This document shows, piece after piece, positions 1-8,893 of a DNA stretch of 64,000 nucleotides. Position numbers and translations under genes: made by a program. The notes under the pieces were generated by a model. That model saw nothing but the letters and a program-made list of their open reading frames with translations. It was not told the DNA's origin and did not search any database. Where the stretch lies: the NCBI GenBank assembly GCA_017577485.2, contig PKRI02000004.1, positions 7,862 to 71,861 on the forward strand, in the 5' to 3' direction. How positions within the stretch are numbered: position 1 is the first letter of the stretch; each line of letters starts with the position of its first letter. The DNA comes from Bacillota bacterium. Lineage in GTDB: Bacteria > Bacillota > Sulfobacillia > Thermaerobacterales > RSA17.

Positions 1-196
1 TGATCTCCTCGCCGTCGATGAAGATCCGGCCGGAGGTGGGCCGTTCCAGCAGGTTGAGGCAGCGCAGCAGGGTGCTCTTGCCGCAGCCGCTGGGCCCGAT
101 GATGACCACCACTTCCTGCGGCGCCACCCTCAGGTTGATGCCCCGCAGCACATGCAGGCTGCCGAAATGCTTGTGCAGGCCCTCCACCCGGATCAT
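1..196 (-). CDS. Polar amino-acid ABC transporter ATP-binding subunit (GlnQ/ArtP family), 5' part only; runs off the window edge
   Basis: Manual translation MIRVEGLHKHFGSLHVLRGINL...IIGPSGCGKSTLLRCLNLLE with Walker A motif; ATG overlaps the permease stop (ATGA). Confidence 0.9.
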   Translation of the reverse strand, partial: MIRVEGLHKHFGSLHVLRGINLRVAPQEVVVIIGPSGCGKSTLLRCLNLLERPTSGRIFIDGEEI

Positions 197-870
197 GCCG
201 GCCGGCGCACCCCCCGGGACAGGCGGCGCTCCAACCGCCGCGCCAGGTACGACAGCGGGATCGTCAGCACCAGGTACATGACCCCCAGGAGCGCGTAGGC
301 TTCCACCGGCCGGAAGGTGCGGCTGGCCATCAGGCGCCCGCGGGTGGTCAGCTCGGGGATGCCGATGGCGAACACCAGAGACGAGTCCTTGAGCAGGGTG
401 ATCAACTCGTTGGTCAGGGGCGGCACCACCACCCGGGCCGCCTGGGGCAGCACCACGGCCCGCATGGTCATGGCGTGGGTCATGCCCAGGGAACGGGCCG
501 CTTCCACCTGGCCGTGGTCCACCGATTCGATGCCGGCCCGGAAGATCTGCGAGATGTAGGCGGCGCTGTTCAGGGCCAGGGCGGCGATGCCGTGCACGAA
601 GCGGTTGGGGGTGTAGCCCAGGGCGAAGGGGATGGCGAAGGCGATGAACAGGATCTGCACCATCAGCGGTGTGCCGCGGAAGGCCTCGATGTAGATGCGG
701 GCGGGAGCCTGCAGCCACCGCCGGCCCGACATTTCCATCAGCGCCAGGGCCAGGCCCAGCACGGACCCCAGGACCAGCGCCGCCACCGCCAGCAGCACGG
801 TGATGGGCACGCCGGCCAGAAAGTAGGGGAAGAACTGGGCGACGTACGACCAATCCCACCAGCCCGACAT
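193..870 (-). CDS. Polar amino-acid ABC transporter permease
   Basis: FRGTPLMVQ, SAAYISQIFRAGIES, EAA loop (GQVEAARSLGM) and LLKDSSL; start moved to ATG 870 after a GGGGG SD-like run. Confidence 0.92.
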   Translation of the reverse strand: MSGWWDWSYVAQFFPYFLAGVPITVLLAVAALVLGSVLGLALALMEMSGRRWLQAPARIYIEAFRGTPLMVQILFIAFAIPFALGYTPNRFVHGIAALALNSAAYISQIFRAGIESVDHGQVEAARSLGMTHAMTMRAVVLPQAARVVVPPLTNELITLLKDSSLVFAIGIPELTTRGRLMASRTFRPVEAYALLGVMYLVLTIPLSYLARRLERRLSRGVRRPA

Positions 871-964
871 GGCTACCCCCACAGGCACGGAACCGGGGAG
901 GGGTCAGGCGGCGGGTTTCCCGTCCCCTCCCCGGCCCGCAGGCGGCGGCCCGGCGTCGCCGGGC

Positions 965-1750
965 TCACTCGCCGAAATACTTGTTGTAGATCTCGTCGTA
1001 GCGGCCGCCGGCCTTGACCGCCGCCAGGCCTCGGTTGACGGCCTGCAGCAGGTCGGGCTCGCCGTGGCGCATGGCGATGCCGTAATACTCGACGGTGAAG
1101 TTGCTGCCCACCTGCTTGACCCCGGCCTGGGGGTTGTTCTTGATGAACTCGGCCACCACCGGCAGGTCGGCCACCACCGCCTCGACGGTGCCGGTCAGCA
1201 GCGCGTTGAAGGCGTCGGGCGTGGACTCGAACCTGAGGATGTCGTCCTCGCGGACGCCTTCAATCTTCTCGACGGCGTACTGCCCGGTGGTGTTGGCCTG
1301 GACGCCGACGACGCGGCCCGGAAGGTCCTGGGGACCCTGGATGTCGTCGTTGTCGGAGCGCACCAGGATCACCTGGCCTGCGGTGAAGTAGGGGTCCGAG
1401 AACTGCAGGTTCATGGCCCGCTCGTCGGTGATGGTCATGGCCGAGATGATCAGGTCGACCTGCCCGGCCTGCAGCGCCGGCACCAGGGCGTCCCAGGCCA
1501 GGTTCTGGAACTCGACCCGGAAGCCCGCCTCCTCGGCGATGGCCCGCATCAACTCGATGTCGAAGCCCTCGAACTCCTGGGTCTGCTCGTTGATCATCTC
1601 GAAGGGCGGGTAAGCCGCCTCGGTGCCCACCACGTACAGCGGGCCGTCGTCGCTGCTGCCGCCGCCGGTGCCGCCGCCGGAGCCCCCGCACCCGGCTGCC
1701 AGCAGCGCCGCGCCCAGCAGCAGCGCCAGCCACCGAACTCGCTTCCGCAA
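965..1750 (-). CDS. Basic/polar amino-acid ABC transporter substrate-binding lipoprotein
   Basis: Lipobox LAAGC, YPPFE, GFDIEL, ITDER, FSDPY motifs (SBP family 3); GGAGG SD before the TTG. Confidence 0.93.
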   Translation of the reverse strand: MRKRVRWLALLLGAALLAAGCGGSGGGTGGGSSDDGPLYVVGTEAAYPPFEMINEQTQEFEGFDIELMRAIAEEAGFRVEFQNLAWDALVPALQAGQVDLIISAMTITDERAMNLQFSDPYFTAGQVILVRSDNDDIQGPQDLPGRVVGVQANTTGQYAVEKIEGVREDDILRFESTPDAFNALLTGTVEAVVADLPVVAEFIKNNPQAGVKQVGSNFTVEYYGIAMRHGEPDLLQAVNRGLAAVKAGGRYDEIYNKYFGE

Positions 1751-1907
1751 GATGCATCCCCCTCCAGGGGCCGGCTCCCGCCGGCCGCGGCCCGCGGCCC
1801 GGGCCGTCCCGCAGGAACGACATCGCCCGGCGCCGTCGGGCTTCCGGAAAAATGAAAGTTAGACGCCGGGCGAGGCGATTCCTGTGAATGATGCAGGTTG
1901 CCGGACG

Positions 1908-3350
1908 TTACCGTCGCCTGGGCGGCAGCACGTGAATGGGCTGGCCCAGCGCCGCCTCGGCGGCCTCCATGATGCTTTCCGGCAGGGTCGGGTGGGGATG
2001 GATGGTCAGCGCCAGGTCCTCCAGGCGCGCCGCCATCTCCACGGCCAGGGCGCCCTCGCCGATCAGGTCCGAGGCCCCGTGGCCCACGATGTGCACGCCC
2101 AGCACCACGTGGCTGGACGCGTCGGCCACCACCTTGACGAAGCCCTCGGACTCGCCGGTGGTAAGGGCGCGGCCCGAGGCCGCGAAGGGGAACCGCCCGA
2201 CCATGACCTGGTACCCCTGGGCCTCGGCCTGGGTTTCCGTCAGCCCCACGCTGGCGATCTCGGGGTCGGTGAAGATGACGGCGGGGATGGCCGCCGGCTC
2301 GAAGGCCGCCGGCTCGCCGGCGATGACCTCGGCGGCCACGATGCCCTCGTGGGAGGCCTTGTGGGCCAGCATGGCGCCGCCCACCACGTCGCCGATGGCG
2401 AAGATGTGGGGCGCGCTGGTGCGCATCTGCTGGTCCACGGGGATGAAGCCCCGGTCGTCGACCCGGACGCCGGCGCGGTCCAGGCCCAACCCCTCGCTGT
2501 TGGGGCGCCGGCCCACGCAGACCAGCACCCGGTCGGCATCGACGGTGAAGGTCTCCTCCTGGCCGCCGTCGCCCCGCCGGCTGAGGCGCACCTTGGCCAC
2601 CCGGCCGTCGTCCTCGAATCCCTGGGCCAGGGTGTTCACGTGGACCTCGACCCCCAGGCGCCGCAGCCTGCGGGCCACCACCTGCACCAGTTCCGGGTCG
2701 GTGCCGGGCAGCAGCCGGTCCGCCGCCTCCACCACCGTGACCCGGGAGCCCAGCTTGGCGTAGACGGTGCCCAGTTCCAGCCCGATGTAGCCGCCGCCGA
2801 TCACCAGCAGGTGCCCGGGCAGTTCGGTCAGCGCCAGGGCGTCGGTGGACGACAGGATCCGCCGGCCGTCGAAGGGGAAGGCCGGCAGTTCCACGGGCCT
2901 GGACCCGGTGGCGATGATGGCGTGGTCGAACTTGTAGTGCTCGGCGCCGCCGCCGGCGGTCTCGACGATGATCTGGTTGGGGCCGGTGAAGGTGGCGGTG
3001 CCCATGGTGACCTGGACGTCGTTGCCCTTGAGCAGCTGCCCGACGCCGCCGGTCAGCCGGTCCACCACGCCCTGCTTCCAGGCCTGCAGCTTGTTCAGGT
3101 CGACCCGGGCGCCGCTGACCATAAGCCCCCGCTCGGCTTCCTCCTGCAGGCGGTGGTACAGCGAGGCCACCGAGATCAGCGCTTTGGACGGGATGCAGCC
3201 CACGTTCAGGCAGACGCCGCCCAGGGCCTCCCGCTCCACCAGCAGCACTTCCTTGCCCAGTTGAGCGGCCCGGATGGCGGCCACGTACCCTCCGGGGCCG
3301 CCGCCGATGACCACCACGTCGACGCCGGTGGCGATGTCGCCGACGACCAT
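1908..3350 (-). CDS. lpdA: Dihydrolipoyl dehydrogenase (E3)
   Basis: [20 protein letters not shown] redox disulfide, HPHPTLPE motif. Confidence 0.97.
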   Translation of the reverse strand: MVVGDIATGVDVVVIGGGPGGYVAAIRAAQLGKEVLLVEREALGGVCLNVGCIPSKALISVASLYHRLQEEAERGLMVSGARVDLNKLQAWKQGVVDRLTGGVGQLLKGNDVQVTMGTATFTGPNQIIVETAGGGAEHYKFDHAIIATGSRPVELPAFPFDGRRILSSTDALALTELPGHLLVIGGGYIGLELGTVYAKLGSRVTVVEAADRLLPGTDPELVQVVARRLRRLGVEVHVNTLAQGFEDDGRVAKVRLSRRGDGGQEETFTVDADRVLVCVGRRPNSEGLGLDRAGVRVDDRGFIPVDQQMRTSAPHIFAIGDVVGGAMLAHKASHEGIVAAEVIAGEPAAFEPAAIPAVIFTDPEIASVGLTETQAEAQGYQVMVGRFPFAASGRALTTGESEGFVKVVADASSHVVLGVHIVGHGASDLIGEGALAVEMAARLEDLALTIHPHPTLPESIMEAAEAALGQPIHVLPPRRR

Positions 3351-3351
3351 G

Positions 3352-4722
3352 TCAGACCATCTCCATGAAGAGCAGGTCCGGCTGCTCGAGATAAGCCATG
3401 ACGCGATTCAGGAAGCGGGCGGCGTAAGCGCCGTCGACGATGCGGTGGTCGAAGCTCAGGGCCAGCGGCAGCATGCTCCGCACCACGATCTGCCCGTCGC
3501 GGACCACCGGCTTCTCCTGGATCTTGTGGACGCCCAGGATGGCCACTTCGGGGTGGTTGATGATGGGCGTCGAGAAGATGCCGCCCAGGGCGCCGATGTT
3601 GGTGATGGTAAAGGTGCCGCCCCGCAGGTCCTCCAGGTCGATCTTGCGCTGGCGGGCCTTCTCGGTCAGGTACTGGATCTCGGCGGCGATCTGCAGGATG
3701 CTCTTGCGGTCGGCGTGCTTGACCACCGGCACGATCAGCCCGTCTTCGGTGTCGGTGGCGATACCGATGTTGTAGTAGCGCTTGAGGACGATCTCCTGGC
3801 GCTCGTCGTCGATGGTGGCGTTCAGATAGGGGAACTCCCGCAGCGCGGCGATCAGCGCCTTGGCGATGAAGGGCAGGTAGGTCAGCTTGATCCCCCGGGC
3901 CGCCGCCACTTCCTTCGCCCGCTGCCGCAGGGCCACCAGTTCCGTCACGTCCACCTCGTCCACGTGGGTGACGTGGGGCGCCGTGTACATGGACTTGACC
4001 ATGCGCTCGGCGATGGTGCGCCGCAGGCCCCGCAGGGGGATGCGCTCCTCGGGCGTCTCGGCGTGGACGACCACGGGCTGGAACGCCGGCGCCGGCGCGG
4101 CCGGTGCCGCGGCCGGTTCGGGAGCGGCGGCCGGCGCGGGCGCCGCCGCCGGGGCCGGAGCGCGCCGCCCCTCGGCGAAGGCGCGCACGTCCTCGTCGGT
4201 GACGCGGCCGCCGGGACCGGTGCCCGGCACCTGGTTGATGTCCACGCCCAGTTCCCGGGCCAGGCGCCGGGTGGCCGGCGTGGCCAGGGCGCGGCGCCCG
4301 GGCGCCGGGGCGGGTGCGGCCGCCGGAGCCGCAGGCGCTGCCGGTGCCGGTGCGGCGGGTGCCGGTGCGGCCGGTGCCGCCGGTCCTTCACTGCCGGTCC
4401 GGTGGGCGGCGGCCACGGCCTCCGCCGCCGCGGCCTGGCCGTTGCCGGTGGGCGCCGCCGCCGCGGCGGCACCAGGGGCCTCGCCGTCCGTGCCGATGGT
4501 GATGAACACGCTGCCGACCTCGATGATGTCGCCTTCCTTGTAGTGCAGCTTCAGGACCGGGCCCGCCACGGGGGAGGGGATCTCCACCACGGCCTTGTCG
4601 GTCTGGATTTCCACCAGGGGCTGATCCTCGGTCACATGGTCGCCCTCAGCCACCAGCCAGCGGACGACCTCGGCCTCGTGGATGCCCTCGCCCACGTCGG
4701 GCAGCTTGAACTCGAACGCCAT
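3352..4722 (-). CDS. pdhC: Dihydrolipoamide acyltransferase (E2)
   Basis: Single lipoyl domain (QTDKA), Ala/Pro linkers, E3-binding domain, DHRIVDG catalytic motif. Confidence 0.93.
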   Translation of the reverse strand: MAFEFKLPDVGEGIHEAEVVRWLVAEGDHVTEDQPLVEIQTDKAVVEIPSPVAGPVLKLHYKEGDIIEVGSVFITIGTDGEAPGAAAAAAPTGNGQAAAAEAVAAAHRTGSEGPAAPAAPAPAAPAPAAPAAPAAAPAPAPGRRALATPATRRLARELGVDINQVPGTGPGGRVTDEDVRAFAEGRRAPAPAAAPAPAAAPEPAAAPAAPAPAFQPVVVHAETPEERIPLRGLRRTIAERMVKSMYTAPHVTHVDEVDVTELVALRQRAKEVAAARGIKLTYLPFIAKALIAALREFPYLNATIDDERQEIVLKRYYNIGIATDTEDGLIVPVVKHADRKSILQIAAEIQYLTEKARQRKIDLEDLRGGTFTITNIGALGGIFSTPIINHPEVAILGVHKIQEKPVVRDGQIVVRSMLPLALSFDHRIVDGAYAARFLNRVMAYLEQPDLLFMEMV

Positions 4723-4740
4723 CGGGTCGCCTCCCCGAGC

Positions 4741-5721
4741 CTAGAAGGTCATGGCCTTGACGATGCCCCTGACCACCCGCTGGGGGTTGGGCAGGTATTC
4801 CTGCTCCAGGGCCAGCAGCGGCATTACCGTGTCGAATCCGGTGACGCGGACCACCGGCGCCTCGAGATAGAGCAGCGCGTGCTCGTTGATCAGCGCCACC
4901 AGTTCGGCGGCCAGCCCGCACTGCCGCGGCGCCTCGTGGACGATGACGCAGCGGCCGGTCTTCTGCACCGAGCCGACGACCGCATCGCGGTCCAGGGGCG
5001 AGATGGTGCGCAGGTCGATGATCTCGCAGGACCAGCCGTGCTCCTGCTCCACCTGCCGGGCGGCCTGCTCGGCCACGGGCACCATGGCGCCCCAGGCGAT
5101 CAGCGTCACGTCGGTCCCCTCGCGCACCAGGCGGGCCTTGCCGATGGGCACCGTATACTCGCCCTCCGGGACTTCTTCCCGGAAGGCCCGGTAGATGCTC
5201 TTGGGCTCCAGGAACAGGACCGGGTCGGGGTCGCGGATGGCCGAGATCAGCAGCCCTTTGGCGTCGTAGGGCGTGGAGGGGATGACCACCTTGAGCCCCG
5301 GGATGTGAGCGTAGAAGGCCTCCGGGCTTTCCGAGTGATGCTCGGGCGCGTGGATGCCGCCGGCATAGGGCGCCCGGATCACCATGGGCGCCGTGAAGCG
5401 TCCCCGGGACCGGTTCCGGATCCGGGCCACGTGGGAGATGATCTGATCATAAGCCGGGGGAAGGAAGCCGCAGAACTGGATCTCCGGCACCGGCCGCAGG
5501 CCGTAGACGGCCATGCCGAAGGCGGTGCCGATGATGGCCGACTCCGCCAGCGGGGTGTCGATGACGCGGTCGGGGCCGAACTCCTCGATCAGGCCCTCGG
5601 TGGCCCGGAAGACGCCGCCGTTGACGCCCACGTCCTCGCCCAGGACCACCACCCGGTCGTCCCGGCGCATCTCCACCCGCAGCGCGTCGGTGATGGCCTG
5701 CACCAGGGTCAGGCGCGGCAT
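4741..5721 (-). CDS. pdhB: Pyruvate/2-oxoacid dehydrogenase E1 beta
   Basis: GEDVGVNGGVFRAT, DTPLAE, PEHHSES motifs. Confidence 0.93.
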   Translation of the reverse strand: MPRLTLVQAITDALRVEMRRDDRVVVLGEDVGVNGGVFRATEGLIEEFGPDRVIDTPLAESAIIGTAFGMAVYGLRPVPEIQFCGFLPPAYDQIISHVARIRNRSRGRFTAPMVIRAPYAGGIHAPEHHSESPEAFYAHIPGLKVVIPSTPYDAKGLLISAIRDPDPVLFLEPKSIYRAFREEVPEGEYTVPIGKARLVREGTDVTLIAWGAMVPVAEQAARQVEQEHGWSCEIIDLRTISPLDRDAVVGSVQKTGRCVIVHEAPRQCGLAAELVALINEHALLYLEAPVVRVTGFDTVMPLLALEQEYLPNPQRVVRGIVKAMTF

Positions 5722-5723
5722 GT

Positions 5724-6863
5724 TCAGCGCGCCTCCCCGCGCTCTGCCAGCTCCTGCAGCAGCGCCTCCCGCTGCTCCTTCAGATTCCAGGGCAGTTCAG
5801 CGTACATGTAGTCGAACATGTTGGTGGGCTCGGGCTTCGGGTAATTCTCGGCCTTCCGCACCACCTCGGCCGCCCTCTCGCGCAGGCGCTCCTGCAGTTC
5901 TTCCTCCTGGGCCTCCGACCAGAGCCCCCGGCTCTCCAGGAAGCGGCGGAAGCGCATGATGGGATCGCGCCGTTCCTGCCACTCCTTCACCTCGTCGGCG
6001 GTGCGGTACCGGGTGGGGTCATCGGCGGTGGTGTGGGGGCCGTAGCGGTAGGTCACCGCTTCGATCAGGGTCGGCCCTTCGCCCCGGCGCGCGCGCTCCA
6101 CCGCTTCCCTGGTGACGGCGTAGACCGCCAGCACGTCGTTGCCGTCCACGCGCACGCCCGGGAAGCCGTAGGCTACGGCCTTCTGGGCGATGGTCCGGGA
6201 CGCCGTCTGGCGCTCCAGGGGCACGCTGATGGCGTAGTGGTTGTTCTGGCAGAACAAAACCACCGGCGCCTTGAAGACGCCGGCGAAGTTGGCCCCCTCG
6301 TGGAAGTCGCCCTCCGAGGTGCCGCCGTCGCCGAAGTAGACCAGGAACGCCTTCTTCTCGCCGCGGAGCCGCGCCGCCCACGCGGCCCCCACCGCATGGG
6401 GAACCTGGGTGGCGATGGGAATGGAGATGGTGAACACGTTGACGCCCTCAGGCGCCGCGGCGCCCTCCTCGCGGCCCATCCAGTACAGGAAGGTCAATTC
6501 CGGCGGCATGCCGTGGACCATCATGGCCGCCGATTCACGGTACGAAGGAAACAACCAGTCCTCTTTCTCCAGAGCGTAGGCGCTGCCGACCTGTGCCGCT
6601 TCCTGCCCGCCCACCGGAGGGTAGGTGCCCATGCGGCCCTGGCGCTGCATGTTCAGGGCCCGCTGGTCCAGGATGCGGGCGAAGACCATCCATTCATAGA
6701 GCTCTTTCATCTGGTCGTCGGTGAGGTCGGGCAGTGAGGCTTCATCGTAGGAACCGTCGTCCCGCAGGATCTGGATGGTTTCAAATTCCGGCTCGACGGG
6801 CTTGATCCAGCCCTCGACCCGCCGGCTGGCGGTGCGGGTCCTCTTGCCGCGCGTCTGCGCCAT
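5724..6863 (-). CDS. pdhA: Pyruvate/2-oxoacid dehydrogenase E1 alpha
   Basis: TPP motif GDGGTSEGDFHEG...QNN and HTTADDPTRYR; start moved to ATG 6863 after a GGAGG SD. Substrate (pyruvate or branched-chain) not determinable by eye. Confidence 0.9.
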   Translation of the reverse strand: MAQTRGKRTRTASRRVEGWIKPVEPEFETIQILRDDGSYDEASLPDLTDDQMKELYEWMVFARILDQRALNMQRQGRMGTYPPVGGQEAAQVGSAYALEKEDWLFPSYRESAAMMVHGMPPELTFLYWMGREEGAAAPEGVNVFTISIPIATQVPHAVGAAWAARLRGEKKAFLVYFGDGGTSEGDFHEGANFAGVFKAPVVLFCQNNHYAISVPLERQTASRTIAQKAVAYGFPGVRVDGNDVLAVYAVTREAVERARRGEGPTLIEAVTYRYGPHTTADDPTRYRTADEVKEWQERRDPIMRFRRFLESRGLWSEAQEEELQERLRERAAEVVRKAENYPKPEPTNMFDYMYAELPWNLKEQREALLQELAERGEAR

Positions 6864-6958
6864 CACCAGGCCTCCTTGTCCGCTGGTGCCGTTGTGGAAA
6901 ACGGAACTGTCGGCTCCTGCGCACACGGCTGGACGGGGGCCAGGACGGACCCTATGCT

Positions 6959-6987
6959 ATTGTAGTGTATAGGAAGGCCCCGTGCAA
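6959..6987 (-). promoter_or_regulatory. SigA-type promoter for the pdh operon
   Basis: Minus strand TTGCAC-17nt-TACAAT. Confidence 0.7.
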
Positions 6988-7045
6988 AGCAGACTGTCTG
7001 TGCCTCCGTCGGCGTTTCCTGCCTGCCCTTCCGGCATCCCACAGG

Positions 7046-7074
7046 TTGGACCTTTCCCGCCCAGCGGCTACCAT
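7046..7074 (+). promoter_or_regulatory. Possible SigA-type promoter for the LysM hydrolase
   Basis: TTGGAC-17nt-TACCAT. Confidence 0.45.
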
Positions 7075-7123
7075 GGCCGTGTGCGGCCCGAGCCGTCCAT
7101 CTTGAAGAAGGGGGAGATCGGCG

Positions 7124-7717
7124 ATCAAGCCTGACTTCAAGCGCCTGGCGGCCGGCCTCACGGCAGCGCTGCTGCTCCTGGCGGCGGCGGTGCCGCCCGC
7201 CGCGGCAGCCGTGCAGCACCGGGTCGTGCGCGGCGAGTCCCTGTGGCTCATCGCCAATCGCTACAACACCAGCGTGGCCGCGCTGCAGCAGGCCAACGGC
7301 CTGAGCGGCACCGAGATCTACCCGGGTCAGATCCTGGTGATCCCCAACGCGCGGCGCGCCCTGTCGGCGGCGGATTTCGACCTGCTGGCCCGCATGGTCC
7401 ACGCCGAGGCCGAGGGCGAGCCCTATGCCGGGCAGGTGGCCGTGGCGGCGGTGATCCTGAACCGCCTGGACAGCCCGCTGTTTCCCGACACGGTCCGGGG
7501 CGTGATCTATCAGCCCTACCAGTTCGAGCCGGTGCTGAACGGGCGCATCAACCTGCCGGCGGGTCCCCTGGCCTACCGGGCGGTCCAGGACGCCCTGAAC
7601 GGCTGGGACCCCAGCTACGGGGCCCTGTACTTCTTCAACCCCGGCAAGACCCGCAACGCGTTCCTGTGGTCCCGGCCCCACACCGTCACCATCGGCAACC
7701 ACCGCTTCGCCCGCTGA
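7124..7717 (+). CDS. Secreted LysM + SleB/Hydrolase_2 cell-wall hydrolase (probable ATC start)
   Basis: LysM (HRVVRGESLWLIANRYNTSV) and SleB catalytic motif LARMVHAEAEGEPYAGQVAVAAVILNR...QFEPV...DPSYGALYFFNP...IGNHRF. A complete signal peptide needs the in-frame ATC at 7124 after SD AAGGGGGAG; first canonical start is GTG 7190. Confidence 0.88.
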   Translation: MKPDFKRLAAGLTAALLLLAAAVPPAAAAVQHRVVRGESLWLIANRYNTSVAALQQANGLSGTEIYPGQILVIPNARRALSAADFDLLARMVHAEAEGEPYAGQVAVAAVILNRLDSPLFPDTVRGVIYQPYQFEPVLNGRINLPAGPLAYRAVQDALNGWDPSYGALYFFNPGKTRNAFLWSRPHTVTIGNHRFAR

Positions 7718-7795
7718 GGCGCCGCCGCCCCCGGTGCGGGCAGCGGCCGTCGCGTCCAGGTCGCCGTCCGGGGACGGAATGCCGGTGGGCGCCCG

Positions 7796-8038
7796 TCACA
7801 GGTGGGCGCCCACCAGTTCCGCGGCCTCGCCGGGGTTCGGGAACCGGCCGGTGGCCTTCTTGTCGTAGACCAGACGGTCGCCGACGTAGATCTGGAAGAT
7901 GCCGCCGCTGCCCGGCTGCAGCACCAGCGCCGAGACCTGGGCGGCGTACAGTTCAAGGATTTCGCCGGCCGCACGGGCGGCGTGACCGGCGTAGCCTCAA
8001 GCCACGCAGAAGATGATGGTCACCTGGGGTCCCTGCAT
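7796..8038 (-). CDS. Rdx/SelW/SelT-family selenoprotein (CxxU, UGA at codon 14)
   Basis: Manual translation MQGPQVTIIFCVAUGYAGHAARAAGEILELYAAQVSALVLQPGSGGIFQIYVGDRLVYDKKATGRFPNPGEAAELVGAHL; GGAGGG SD; Rdx signature motifs; hairpin just 3' of the UGA. Confidence 0.85.
7964..7990 (-). promoter_or_regulatory. Candidate bacterial SECIS hairpin
   Basis: GCCGGU-CACG-CCGCC-CGUG-CG-GCCGGC stem-loop beginning 6 nt 3' of the in-frame UGA. Confidence 0.6.
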
Positions 8039-8155
8039 GGACAGCCCTCCCGCGTCCGGCCAGGCCGGGGACCCGGCCTGGCATGCTTACACTCTTGTTA
8101 TAACCCGGCGGGGACCGGCGGTCCTGCCGGGCGCCGGCGGCGCACTGCCCGCGGC

Positions 8156-8185
8156 TTGACGCTCCGCGGCGCCGCCGCTTACGAT
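8156..8185 (+). promoter_or_regulatory. SigA-type promoter for rpsD
   Basis: TTGACG-18nt-TACGAT. Confidence 0.65.
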
Positions 8186-8190
8186 TAGAA

Positions 8191-8232
8191 ACGGCTGCTG
8201 GCACGTGGTTGAAACCAACCACGTGACGGAGG
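8191..8232 (+). promoter_or_regulatory. rpsD leader hairpin (possible S4 autoregulatory site)
   Basis: GGCTGCTG followed by the perfect 10-bp stem CACGTGGTTG-AAAC-CAACCACGTG immediately before the SD. Confidence 0.45.
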
Positions 8233-8242
8233 TTTGACGGAT

Positions 8243-8851
8243 TTGGCGAGGTACACCGGACCCAAGCACAAGATGTGCCGCCGCGTCGGCGAGCCCCTGT
8301 GCGGATCGCCCAAGTGCCCGGCCCTGAAGCGCAGCTACCCGCCGGGCCAGCACGGGCCCAACCTGCGGCAGCGCAAGCTCAGCGAGTACGGCGTGCGGCT
8401 GCAGGAGAAGCAGAAGGCCCGCTACATCTACGGCCTGCTGGAGCGGCAGTTCCGCCGTTATTTCCAGCGAGCGGCCAGGGCCCGCGGCAAGACCGGCGAG
8501 ATGCTGCTGCGCCTGTTGGAGACGCGGCTGGACAGCCTGGTTTACCGCATGCAGCTGGCCCGCAGCATGCGCCAGGCCCGGCAGCTGGTCACCCACGGCC
8601 ACTTTACCGTCAACGGCCGCAAGGTGAACATCCCCTCCTACCAGGTGCGGCCCGGCGACGTCATCGCTGTGCGGGAGAAGAGCCGGAACCTGCAGGTCAT
8701 TCGCGAGAACGCCGAAACGGCCAACCCCAACCTGCCCTACATCGAGGTGGATCCGGAACGCCTGGAGGGCAAGTTGCTGCGGTGGCCCGAGCGGGACGAG
8801 ATCCCCGTCAACATCGACGAGACGCTGATCGTCGAGTTCTATTCCCGCTGA
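8243..8851 (+). CDS. rpsD: 30S ribosomal protein S4
   Basis: MARYTGP...YPPGQHG...SEYG..L.EKQK...ARQLVTHGH...IVEFYSR; TTG 8243 fits SD spacing. Confidence 0.98.
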   Translation: MARYTGPKHKMCRRVGEPLCGSPKCPALKRSYPPGQHGPNLRQRKLSEYGVRLQEKQKARYIYGLLERQFRRYFQRAARARGKTGEMLLRLLETRLDSLVYRMQLARSMRQARQLVTHGHFTVNGRKVNIPSYQVRPGDVIAVREKSRNLQVIRENAETANPNLPYIEVDPERLEGKLLRWPERDEIPVNIDETLIVEFYSR

Positions 8852-8893
8852 GATCCGCCTCCGGGCGGGGAACGAGCGGCAAGGCCCTGCGCG

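Noticed and set aside
1880-1897. TGAAT-G-ATGCA upstream of the amino-acid ABC operon as an ArgR box
   Set aside because: Half-site spacing is 1 nt rather than the 4 nt of ARG boxes.
4085-4470. Tandem GCCGGTGCG-like repeats
   Set aside because: They encode the ordinary Ala/Pro linkers of the E2 subunit; not a CRISPR array or mobile repeat.
6990-7105. Possible c-di-AMP or c-di-GMP riboswitch upstream of the LysM hydrolase
   Set aside because: No ydaO (GCTGAA) or GEMM consensus visible, and the leader after the likely promoter is too short.
7802-8188. Plus-strand 128-aa ORF, and the other track ORFs in 7600-8230
   Set aside because: It is the antisense shadow of the Rdx selenoprotein gene and runs over the rpsD promoter; the minus-strand frame has the SD and family motifs.
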